From Raillietiella orientalis (lineage: Eukaryota): DNA of 64,000 nucleotides. Below, piece by piece: positions 25,350 through 36,802 of the stretch. The notes beneath the pieces are model-generated. The model made no database searches and was not told where the DNA came from. It was given only the letters and a program-made list of their open reading frames with translations. Position 1 is the first letter of the stretch. The number at the start of each line of letters is the position of its first letter. The position numbers and the translations under genes are program-made. The stretch spans positions 2,356,001 to 2,420,000 of the forward strand of contig JAYWIR010000002.1 of NCBI GenBank assembly GCA_036172245.1. The letters are read 5' to 3'.

Positions 25350-25518
25350 CTCGAGTCAAAATCTCGCTTCCGGATTCCGCTCGCTTCAGGTGCAAACCGA
25401 CGCCGATGAGAAAGATGGCGGCGCCGAAGGACACAAAAGTGATGGCGATCCACAGGCTCCTCCTGAAGTATTTTTCTTTCACTCTTGACACAGGCAGCAC
25501 CTGATCTTCTTCTGTCAT
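25350..25518 (-). CDS. Candidate first exon encoding a short N-terminus and one transmembrane/signal-anchor helix
   Basis: ATG-started frame 'MTEEDQVLPVSRVKEKYFRRSLWIAITFVSFGAAIFLIGVGLHLKRAESGSEILTR' ends at a good donor (AG|gtatgg, phase 1). The parent gene is uncertain. Confidence 0.4.
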
Positions 25519-28499
25519 AGCAACGCGGTGGTGGTGGACAGTTCACGCATGGCATCCAGTGATCTGCGGGTCTCCCTCTGTTCGGACCACATCCACCGCC
25601 TCTCGACCAAGTTCACTTCTGACTGGATGCTGAGTCCACCAAGCGTTCTTCGCTTCTCTCGTGTTGCCTACATCGGGAGCACCATCACCCGCGTCACGTG
25701 ACACAAGGTTTCGACTGCTCCCACGGTGAGCTGTTTGGCAAGCGGGCAACCTCTGCCTCCGACGATACAAGCACAAACAAGCGGAAGCGGGCGGCTGCCA
25801 GCCTGGTGTCGCGCAGTTCGCTCCTCGCATCCGATCCCCATGACAACGCTCCTCCAAGTCGCAGCGGCGCGCTCCCCTCAGGAGACGCGCGGCACTTTCT
25901 AAGCATCATCGCCTCCTCGTGTGTTCCCTCTCTCCTCCTCTTCCCCCTCTCCTCCCCCTCCTTTCTCTCTCCCTCCCCCGCCCCTGCTCAGATGCATGAT
26001 TGGCTCGCGGGCGGACGACGCGGGGACCGACCGGTGGTGGGGCGAGCCCCAGACATCCTGCCGAATCTCTCCTTCCATCACGGGAGCGGCACCGACCGAG
26101 AAGCGGGGGGGGGGGGTGCAAGGCCACCGGGGGTGTGGCTGCTGCAGCAGTTCCACTCCGAGGAGTGAGGGCTCAACGCTCTCCTGCTAGGCGAAGCGTT
26201 CTTGCGCGCGAGGGGGGAGGAATGCAAGGAAAAGGAGAGGGTGCGGGAGAGGAATTTCCGTTTTCGTTGCCTATATTTTTTTTTGTTTCTTTCTTTCGTC
26301 GCTTTCGACGGTACCCCAACTCCAGCGTCGATAGTTTCCCAGTTGGGACGCGAGGTGCGCTGGCTCCGTGTAAGCAAGCAGGCGTCCCCCCTCCTTCTCC
26401 CCCCCTCCCAAGCGACTCACAGGTTCTCTTTAAAAGGAGGAGGGGGAGGGGAAAGAGGGTTGGCAGGGGAAGAGCAAGGGCCACCTACCTCGGAATGGTT
26501 GCCGTTCCTCCTTTCCCTCTCCCCTTGCATCCCCCTTCCCTGTCAGAAAGCAGGGGGCGGCCACGCGTGGAAGGATGGGGATGGAAGGATCCCTCTGTGG
26601 ATGGAGACGGAAGGGCGCCGGGAGGATTTCATCGCAAGTCCCTCTTCCCCCCCCCCTCCCGCTACCCTATTGCAGATTCCCTGCACTGTCTCCCTCCTCC
26701 TAGACGGGGAGACGTCCTTCTGCCCTTCTGCAGCAGCAGCAGCAGCAGCACACATCCTCATTAGCAGGGAGCGGGAGAAGGAAAGAGATCCCCGCGCGGT
26801 CCGGATGCTGTTCCGGATGCGGGTATTGAGGACGCACGCCGCCTTTCGAACTCCCTTCTGAATGCTCCTCCCGCAGGAACTCCCCAGACAGGATGAATGC
26901 GTCCTTGAGGATTACCCCCAAGATGTCTCCGCCAGAGGTCCTTCTTGGAGGTCTTCTCGCCAGAGTCCCCTTTGGAAGGTGCGGCGGTAGCACCCCTAAG
27001 ACTCCCTCCATTTTCCTTCGCGTTGCGGTCGGCACCGCCGAGCACAGCTCACCATCTCGCTCCCGAGCCGTCCCGCGTGCGCGCGCGACCTTCGAAACCA
27101 CACCTTCGGGAGCGGCGGGAGAGCGGCAGCACGAGGGACGACGCGGACGCTGGCGCGAACGGCGCGAGAATACCACTGACCTATTCGTATGATGGAGACG
27201 ACGGCGTGGAAGCACCACAACAGTTCGCGCGACGCTGCCATCACGGACTGGCGCGCACTCTGTGAGGTGCCGCCGTGGCGAGAGCCTTCCGGAGTCCAAC
27301 CGGCCGCCCGGCCAGAAAGACTGGGGGTTTCGCAACGGCGCGCTCGCCAGACCGAAACTTTCACCCACGCCGGGAACGCCCATCCTCCTCCCGTCGTGGT
27401 CCTCCCCCTCCTCCCCTCCCTGGTTGGGAACCGCAGTTCCCTCTCCTCCATCCGCAGCGGCTGCTCGGCGACCGATCGACGAGTGGACGCTGCTGCTGCC
27501 GCTGCACAGCCGGCGCCTGCCCCGAAAACGAGCGAGCGACCCCCCGGGAGACGGTTTCGCCTTCACTTCTTCCTCTCTCCCTTTCCTCCTCCTCCCGCTC
27601 TCTCCCCTTCCACCCGCCTTGCTCCGGAAGCCGTCCATCTGCACTCCGAGATGGAGAGGAGGCACTGCCCCTGCCTTCCGGACACTGAAGACGGCAGTCC
27701 CCGCGCGCGCGTGCGTTCTGCTTCTGACGGAAGGCTGAAATGCACGGAGGAAACGATGCGCGCCCGCGCACGTGCCGAGGAGCAGCGGGCGTTTGGGCCA
27801 CCACCCTCTCACGCGCCGTCCGGCCACCCGAAAGCCTCGTTGCCCCGACATCCATCCCTGCCGGAGTGGGGGAGACCGAGAAAGCGTGCAAAAGGACGCG
27901 AGGCAGCCCCTTGCCACACCGCCTGTTTCACCGCTCTCCCTTTTGTGTTTACCTTCTCCACCCGAGAGTCTTACCGCCGGTCGTGCATCTTCGGGAACCT
28001 GCTCAGGCTCTCGAGATGAAGTCGACGAAAACTGAGTTGAGGATGCCCGGGAGCGAAAACGGAAGGAGGAAGATGCAAACACACACTCATACTAAGGAGC
28101 AAAAGTTTACCAGAATGAGAAGTTGGAAACAGAAGCGGCTGCTCAAAACTTTGCACCCACGAGCATGCTAACCACACTTGCGTCACCAAGCATTCGCTTT
28201 ACTCTGCACCCGAGCTCACTGACTATTCCACCCACTATCCATTCCCATCCACGTTCATTTTTCATCATTCAAAATGTTGCATCTGTAACTTTCCAGGCAA
28301 CGTGGAAAAAAAAAAAAAAGTCGAAAATCCACATATATGCTAGGCTCATATGTATCCAATAATAATGGGGTTTTCCTCCTTTCCTCCTCCTTCCGCTCCT
28401 CGCCCCTTCCACCCGCCCTTATAGAACGGGAGCAACCGCTCCGTTTTCTATGGCAACGAGAGTGCAGCAGCGCGTTTTGCAAAAACGATGCACCTTGTT

Positions 28500-29150
28500 G
28501 CCGTGGTGAAGATGCGCGCTCGAGTTGTTCCCATCTGGCCGTGTGACTTGTGAGCAAGAAAGCTGAGGGACTGGGCATCTCCTGAAGTCGGCAGGACAAC
28601 GGCATCCTCAGCACTGGCCGTGTTCAAAGGATTCACCGGTTCCTGAGCGAATCGACTAGTGCTGAGGAATGTCCCTGCCTGCTAGTCCGTGCAACGCACA
28701 CGTATGCTTTCGACGTGGCAGCCTCTCTCACCAAATGGTGTTACAACCAGCTGCTGAAACTTTATCGAGAGTGCCTCCCCCACCCGGATTCCTCAGATCC
28801 CTTCAGACAAGGCGACATGGCTGGAATTCATGCATAAAGGTGGTTTAGGACATACTGGACTGGAAGCACACTGGAGCGCATCGCGCAGAGGCCAGTGGGA
28901 AGGGAGTCCTGGAACGTGCGTTCACAGTATGCCGCCTCGAGAATGCCGCAAACCCTCGTTTCACCCCCCATGTGGGGGTTAATCTGCGAATGAGATTTGC
29001 GCGGGGCACGAGTCTCGCAGGTATACAGAGAGGTTACAGAAAAGACAGCTTTCTCTATTACAGTAGCATTCGGTGTTGAAGCTCGCTGACAGGAGATCAG
29101 CACGCACGGAACTGAAGGTTTCGTGGATGAGTTTCTTGATGGAAGCTGAC
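28500..29150 (+). mobile_element. Possible decayed non-LTR retroelement fragment
   Basis: Broken frame 'IPSDKATWLEFMHKGGLGHTGLEAHW' (about 28795-28875) resembles the post-RT 'GGLG' motif of LINE ORF2. A short tandem repeat follows it. Only one motif supports this call. Confidence 0.3.
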
Positions 29151-29155
29151 AGGTT

Positions 29156-29217
29156 AAACTGATATTTGTATTTTTTAACTGATATATATTTTTGCTAAAC
29201 TGATATATATATTTTTT
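29156..29217. repeat. Three imperfect copies of a roughly 20-bp unit (aactgatat...tttt)
   Basis: aaactgatatttgtattttt / taactgatatatatttttgc / taaactgatatatatatttt. Confidence 0.8.
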
Positions 29218-29271
29218 TCTTTCTTTCTTTTTGAATTTTGAAGGAAGCGACACGAGATCTGTGCTGACGCC

Positions 29272-32200
29272 TTATGTCCGCGATCTCCTGGTTCGGAAGA
29301 GTGGACGCGGATTTTCTCGCCGTCTCCTTGTGGACTTTTCTCCGTTTTCAACTCCCTGGCTGCGTCCCAAAGAACCCCTCAAGACCCAGTATGGCAATGA
29401 GCAGGCCTTACCACTCGGGAACGTTCTTCACATCGTCACAACGAAGCTCCTCCTCGTTGAACACGAGCCCTGCAGGACACCCTGACAACATGGGCTGGGT
29501 CCCCAGCAAGCAGATGTAGAACAGGGAGCAGTCGAGAGGATGTGCGAACCTCGGGTTGGGGTCGACGAGCCCGTTGCGAAGCTGGGAGTGAGCATTAGGA
29601 TCCGGACAGACGAATCCCGTGCCGTCGGAAGCGGCAGCTGCAAAGGACAGACAGGCCCTCGGGTAACAAGCGCGACCTTGACTCGGGTCCTCACGTCTAG
29701 AGCTCTGGCACGCCGAGGTCTTCGAATCCGAGGGCCAGACGCAGTTTCCTGCCTTCTCGTCGAACACAAGGCTGGGCGAGCAGTCGATAGTCTGCTCCAC
29801 CACGCCTTCTTTGCACACGATCCCCTGCTTGCACTTGGAGGGCTCGTAGTGAGCGAAGATTCCATTCTGTCTCGGGCACTGCTCGGTGGGGGAAGGAGGC
29901 TCTGCAAGAGATTTTCTCAGCCCAGTGGAGAGTGGGCAAGCATGAGAGTGGGTGAGGAGAATAGGGGAGTCTGGCTCTGCTTTTGAAGTGCCTCGAAAGC
30001 ATCCCTTGCCCGTGGGTCAATCGAAGGGGAGGAGAAGACGTCTTCCTCGAGAGAAAACGCGTCTTCCTCGCGTCCGGCGGGGAAGACGCGTTTGCCTTGC
30101 GCGACCCGGCAGCCGGCAGGCACCTTCTCCTGCAGTCCGGATCGTTCTCTCTCCACTTACCCCTTCCCCCCAAGGATGAGCTGCTGCGCTCACGGGGATC
30201 GAGGAAAGCGCATGCCGACGGAAGATCTCTCCTCCTGGAGGCTTTCGGGAGGGAAACGGACCTGGTTCCGGGCATGCGGCGGAGAATGCGGTTTCCTTGG
30301 AGAGAAACCTGCGCATTCGCTCGGGGGAGACTTTCTTTGCGCCCTGCCCAACGGAAGGGACTGCCAGGAATCACCTCCCGACCCCCTCTTGTCCGTTGGA
30401 AGGAGGTCAGAACTTTGCAGCTGGACGCGGGGTTTCCTGGCATGTGGGTCCACTCGAGTGGGGCCTGGAGATGCTGCGGAGGAGGAAAATCCCGGTTGGG
30501 GCTCATCATGGAACAGATCGAAATCTTTCTTTTCCCTGAACGGAACTCCAAGGGAAGCGACCTCGGTAGAAGTTCCTGGTTCTCGAGGTTCCCACACAAC
30601 GACGTCTCCGGAAACGGTTCCTTTGTAGACAGGAGGCGTCTCGGACTGCGTGCCGCAGTCAGAGACGTCACAGGATCGCTCGAGCACCCAGAAGCGGAAG
30701 GGGGTAAGGATAGGAGCTAGTGGTAGTGAGAAAGGAGGGACGGGACGCCGTCATGAGAGTCGGTTCGAACCAGGAAGAGAAAAAGAGAAGGGATGAACCG
30801 TCCTCGTCTCGTTTCAATGGGGCGAAGCCCTTTCTGGTGGACAAGGGGAGCGGAAGGGAGGTCCGATGGAGACGAGGGGAGTCGGAAGAAGGAGGAGCAG
30901 CCAGCAGGAAGAAAGGATCCAGGGGAGGAGCACCCTTCATGCTGCACTCACGGTGGAGGGAGTGCTCAGCCTCCGGATGGAGAGGTCAAGGTGGCTCTGC
31001 ACGCGCTCTCCCACCTGCGGACAGGCGGATTTTCTTTTTTTTGTCATCTGCGGAGGCGGAAGAGATCTGGCAGCTGCATGTGCGCGAGATGGAAGCCTCC
31101 GGGGATGGTAAAAACCTCAGAGATGAGCAGGATTGGGAGGAGGGGGGGAGAGGAGACGTGCGTTGACAGTCAGACGGGACCTGGAACGTTCGGGTGCGCG
31201 CGTGGAACCTCGGAGGAAAGAGAGCGGAGAACGTCATCCCGGAGAAAGGTAGCTGCAGCAAGAGAGCAAGCAGAAGCTCCACTGTCCCGAGGGTGATCTG
31301 CCGAGGGTCTGAGAAGTTGCCCGCCGCCGAAGGGCAAGACAGAAGGGGCGAGGTCGTCGTCTACTCTTTCCCCTCCTCTCGCTGGAGGAGGTGTGCTCGA
31401 GGATGAGGTGACATCGCGCGACGGAGCCGCGGGCAGAGCGGCGCTGGAGGAGGAGGAGGAAGCACAGGAACTGGTATCTCGGATGGGGGGGGAGAGGCGG
31501 CCCATTCGAGGCCCTCCCAGCAGAGAAAGGGGATGGAAGGGAAGGATGCATATGAGAACTTCCTCCTTACGCCGCTTCCTCTTCCCGAAGGGACGCGGCG
31601 GAAGCGTAGGACGGCGCGCGATGCCCTCACCCCGGCTCCTTTACCATCCGCTCCCTACCAAGAGGCAGATCGGGCGCTCCTCTGAAGGCACAGAGTGCTG
31701 CAGGCGCTCCCTCGCCGGAGACGTCCGGCCCTCACCGACGCGAAGCTTACAGACGGTCCTCCTCACCGCCGCGTCCCGGATTTCCGCCGCCCGAAGGCAG
31801 GGGAGGAGGGAAACGCCTTCTCGAGTGCGCCCAGTGGGGCATTGAGAGGGCATCCCTGCGAGCCCGCTAGGTGGAACGCTCCACAAGCCAACTTCCCCCT
31901 CCCCCCAAAAAAGATCCCGCCCCAGTATCCAAACTTCTCCGGAATCTTCCGAATAGAAAGGAAGAGTGCTGCTTGATGGCTCCCTTCCTTACTCCCTGGA
32001 GAAAGAGGGGGGGAAGGGAACGAAAGAAGAGCGCATGTCCTCTCCCGACCAGCGCGCGCGACCGGGTGCTGCCCGAGCGGACGATTCTGCCCCGGAGCGC
32101 CAGAGGAAGAGGGGAGGAGGAGGAGGGGCTAACAACATGGGCGTCGAAGGAGAGGACTCAGGGATGGAATGGCTCACCCCCCCCTCCCTCTACTTTCTCC

Positions 32201-35200
32201 CCGGATGCCCCGACGCGGGAGCCTCCTGCAGGCACTGCAGCCGCGAGAAGATGCCAGCATCCCCATTTCCAAGATCTCTTCGGAGGAGGGAAAAAGTAGC
32301 AAAGTGAGATGAGAAGGGGAGGGGAGAAGAAAGGAAAAGTCGTTTCCCCTTCTCCCCCTCCCCCTTTTGCTCGCCAGCTCAGCAGGGGAAGAACGGGGGC
32401 GCGCCTGCCGGAGGTTTCTTTCTTGGTGACCTCCTCCGCTTGACCTCTCCCGCGAGAATGAGAGAATGTTTAGAGGATGAGAGTAGGAAGATTCCCTCCT
32501 GCACTCTTTTCTTCCTCCCCTCCTCCACCTCCATAGCCTGCCTTGCACTTGGCCCAGAAGGTCGCAAGGGAGCGCCCCCGAGGAAGGGGCATCGCGGAGA
32601 TGCGGGGTTGCCGGTGCTAAAGGCGTTTTCGAGAGAACATGACCGAGAGTTCGGCTCTCACTCGGCATAGCCCCGAGAAAGCACGGCGGCCACCTCTTCC
32701 CCCCCCCCCCTTCCCCAGAGGACGAACGAAGGGACGCCTCGAACCCTCCCCGCGGTCCCTGGCAGCGCGCCGCCGCTTCCTCTCGCGCGCTCCCTGAAGG
32801 AAAGGAGAGGCAAGCAGCAAGCACAAACTGCCTCGGGGTCCTCGTAAGAGATTGGTGCCGAGGGGTAGCCGGGGGAGCATTCTCCGCTTCTTTCGAGACC
32901 GCGCGTGCCTCTACCTCCTGGAGCAGCAGCACCCCTTATCTCAGGAACCCCTTCGATCGAAGAGGAGGATAGGCAGGACGAGGAGAAGGATGAAGGTCGG
33001 CTGCCCGTCGCGGCTGTCCTTCGGGCAAGATGAATCCTTCCCCACGTCTGCTTCAAGGTCGGACGCGCTCGTCCACGAGTTCCAGGTATCCGGGAGGGGA
33101 CCTCCCTTCAGTGAACACCCCGCCTTCCCTCCCTTTTCTTCACCTCCGCCCTGTCCACCTTTTTGGTTTCCGCTCTTTGTGAGAAGGGAGAGGAGCCACT
33201 GGAAAAGTGCCCTTTTCGCCCTTCGTTCCGCCTGAAATCCTCCCACCAAGGATGGGTGGGTCGAGGGCAGAAAGAAGAGGAACAGTTCGAGGGGGTCACT
33301 ATGGATATCCTTTTCCCCCTCCCTTTCATCCCGATGCTGTGGGATAGAAATTCGGGAAAGCAGGAAAAGAGAGAGAGCGGAGCGAAAAGTTGTATCCTGG
33401 CTGGAGTGCCTTCCCTAGCGCTGCTGCCGTCGGTCACAAGCGGAGACGGGAGGTGGGGAGGGAGCGAGAGATGGAGCCTCCACTTCGTTCCTGCCCTGAG
33501 GGAAGAGCCAGCGACCCATGGGCGCCGTCGTCCCCTCGGAAAAGATCGTTCTCCTCTTCCTCCTCTCGTTCGCTCTCTACGGGAGCTCTGCGCCTCCTTA
33601 ACGCGTCCCTCCCTTCGACCTGACGCCGCAGGCGGCGGTGTGGTACCCTCGGAATCTGCCCGCGTGCATCCACTCCTTAGAGGAGCAGCTTCCTTTCCCC
33701 TCCTCAAGGGTTTACTCCCGGCTCGCCGTGCCATCGGGCGGAAGGTCGAGGAGGAGGAGGAGGAGGAGGGAAGAGTACGAGAAGAAATCCCCAATCTGCA
33801 CCGGAAGGGAGGGAGCGGCCGGGCGGGAGGTGACTACCCGAAGAGCTCCCTGCAGGGCGATCCCCCAATGAGCGGGAGAGACCCAGCTCGGTTGCGCCGC
33901 CAGCGGCACCTTGCTCTCAAGACGAGTTGGCGCTGCGCGGCGCCTTCGAAACCTCTTCGGTCCGGACGCTCCTCCGGGAGCGGCGATGTCACGTGGAAAG
34001 AACTTCCACCAGCCTGAAGCGACGGTTGATCTCTCTCCCTTCTTCCGTTTTCCCTTTCCCGGATGGGAGCGCGCTCGCGATCCCTCTGGGCTTCTGCTCT
34101 CCTATCCCGCGTCAGAGGGAATCGGCGGTTGCGTCCTCGAGAAGGGTTGGAGGAGGAGGGGAAAAAACGTCGCCGACGGGAATCTCCCCCACCCCACTCT
34201 CACTCCCCCTCTCCGCGGACCCAAGACAACTCACGGAGGTAGATCCTCGCGCCGCAGTCGACGTTGCTGGGGTAGTCGCACTTCTCGTGCCGATGGTTGC
34301 TGTTGTCGAAGACGAGTCCATCCGGACAGAGGCGCTCGCTTGCCTCCCCGTCCACGCAGACGTAGTACTTGTCGCACTGGTCCGCATCGCCGAAGAAGCC
34401 GTTCGCCTTCTCGCACCTCCCGTCGACTCCGCTTGCGCCCTGCGGGGCCACTGGAACAAGGAAACGGAGAAACACTCTCGGGCGTAAGAGCAGGGGGAAA
34501 GGAACGACTTCGAAACTCGGCCGTGGAGGAAGAGGGGAAGAGGGTCCTTTGCTGCACCACCCCCACCCATGGGCCAGCCCTCCGCGCCAATCAGGGTCGG
34601 AGCCACACCGGGCTTCCTCCCGATTGCAGACGACCCTCTCGTCCCACCACACCCGTCCGGGAAGACGGACTGCTCCCGGGCGCGCGCGCTCGAGAATCCC
34701 ACGCGGGAGGAGCGAGCCTCTCCCTCAGGTGTCCCCGGTCGCCCGGGAGACCGGGCGCTCCTGAGGACGTCCTTGAGCGCGTGTACGAAGCGGGTGGGAA
34801 TGGAGAGAAAAAGATGGGGGAAACGCAGGACCCGAAGCAAGGCAAAGTTCTGCCTCCCCATCCCCATCCCATGAGGGAGCGGAGCCTGCTCCTGGAAATG
34901 CTGGCCAAGGGCGCAGAGTCCTGTCCGCCGCCGCGACTTGGAGGCTTCCACGCGGCAGCCGGATGCCTTGAGAGCTCCTCCAGTCCCATCCTCTTGCGCC
35001 CTCCTCCAGCTGGGGTTTCCGTCGAGATAGGGGAGGGTCTCCTCCTCCCTCACAGAGACCCTCGTGCCCCTCTGCCGACGCGGGGTTCGTACCAATTCCC
35101 TCAGGATCACTGTGAAAGGTCTCCAGGACCCGAGCGGATGGGTGGGCGGAGGGGAGAGAGAGAAGCCGGACGAGTGGCTGAACGGACGGGAATGCGAAGA

Positions 35201-36802
35201 GGGAACCACGGGCAGGAAGGGAGGGAGAGGAAGGGGTAGGGGGGAGGGGAACGTTTCCAGCACGGGACTCGGAGAGAGGCATCCCTTTGGCCCTCCCCGA
35301 GTTGGATCTGCGCACCTCGCCATCTTTTGGGCTGACCTTATCCAGAAATTCCAAGGCTCCCCGCGAGTCCAGTCTGCTGGCTGATGGAAGACGCGCCTCG
35401 AGACAAACGCTCTCTCTTCTCTTCCTCCCTTCATCAAGCGGTGCGCGTCAGGATTTTTTCCTGTTTCGTGAAACTCCGCGAAAAAAAAAAAAAAAGAGTG
35501 GAGGGGAGGGGAGGAGAGTTCCGCGGAGAGATTAAAAAAAATTTTTTTAAATGGGCGTTTCCGAAAAAAGTTTTTTTTTTTTCATTTAAAATATTGCTGG
35601 GAACGGATGCAAGCTTTTCATGGGGGAATGCGTCCCCAATGAGACTGGGAGCTGCCCGATTGAGCGATGTGCGATTTCCCTCCTGACTCCCTCAGGGTTA
35701 CCAAACGCCAGCCAGGCCACCGCGGAAGCCGGCAAAGCAGAGCAGCAGCCTGTGTACGGTCTGGCGCCGATTTCGGCTTCGGTACGTTTTCCTTTCCTTC
35801 ACCTGCTGCAGCTCCGCCGGAGCAACTCTCCCAGACGGGGAAACCTGTTCTTCCTCGTCCTCGTCCTCGTCCTCCGACGGAGATCGAGGAGGATTTTCTT
35901 TCTTCGCGATCGAATGGGATGCTTGCGGCTGCTGTCGCGGGACTGAATCGCTCCAGGCGGACGTTCCGACGACGCAGCCGCGAATTTTCAAAGCCATCCC
36001 CCTCAGGGGTTGGCAGCGATCTTTGGGGAGCAAGAGGAAGAAGAGGCGGAGATCAAGGAGCCCAACGGCATGACTGATGCAGACGAAACCAGCCGTCGAT
36101 GCACGCGACGAACAGCATTCCGTTCGCAAGACCATGCCCGCTTTGAGCTCCTCCCGGGACAAGGAATCCCCGTTCCGTGGAGGGCGCGAGCAGGCGAGGA
36201 GCCACCGCTATCAAACGGGGGGGGGGGGTCCAAGCGGAGGCTGGTGGGACGAAATAGAAAGAAAGAAAAAAAAGGGATGTGCGGGATCCACAAAATCTTC
36301 AATAAGAGACGATCGCCGACAAAAGGCAAGACGGGGGGCACGCGTGCGAGTGCACCGTCTCCAAGCAACACCCCACACGCGGTTGCCCCCCGCGCGCACG
36401 TCAAGCAATCCCTGGGCGTGACCCGACGCCCCCCTCGCGCTCGGTACTTGCGAACACGAACACAGTGAGTGACACTCGGGTTGCGTGGCGGACACGCGAT
36501 CAAGAAACACATCCGACGCGGCCGATTCTTCGGCATTCCTTTTGATTTTTCATCGGACGGCGGGATTGAGGCTGAGCACGCTGACTCACTTACCTGATGG
36601 TCTTCTTTTGCTTAATCTGTTCAACAAGACAAATACAAGTAAAATTGCAAGCATGCACTCGGGATTAACAGACAAACCAAACAAATCACAATTTCCACGA
36701 ACAATTTTTGGTTAAAAAAACACTTAATTCAAATATGAAACAACTATTACCACGTGATACAACATTCAATAGCAGAATCGTGAGAACCAGCAACTGCTCC
36801 AT
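29272..36802 (-). CDS. obst-A: Obstructor-A-type (CPAP3-A) secreted cuticular protein with three CBM14 domains, about 262 aa
   Basis: Exons 36751-36802 (signal peptide MEQLLVLTILLLNVVSR), 34235-34450, 29695-29901, 29412-29637 and 29272-29359 are all GT-AG and phase-consistent (789 nt). Motifs: 'QCDKYYVCVDG...LCPDGLVFD...KCDYPSNVDC..R..LQPP...CPRQNG.FAH...CVWP...GFVCP...PRFAHPLDC..FYIC...NVPEC'. The first and last exons are less certain, and the A1 versus A2 subgroup is unresolved. Confidence 0.88.

Noticed and set aside
26700..28082. 460-aa ORF, and similar 250-440-aa ORFs at 33911-35437, 9107-10311 and 16401-17420
   Set aside because: Low-complexity translations open on both strands, some overlapping a real exon in the wrong frame. 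These are GC-driven artefacts.
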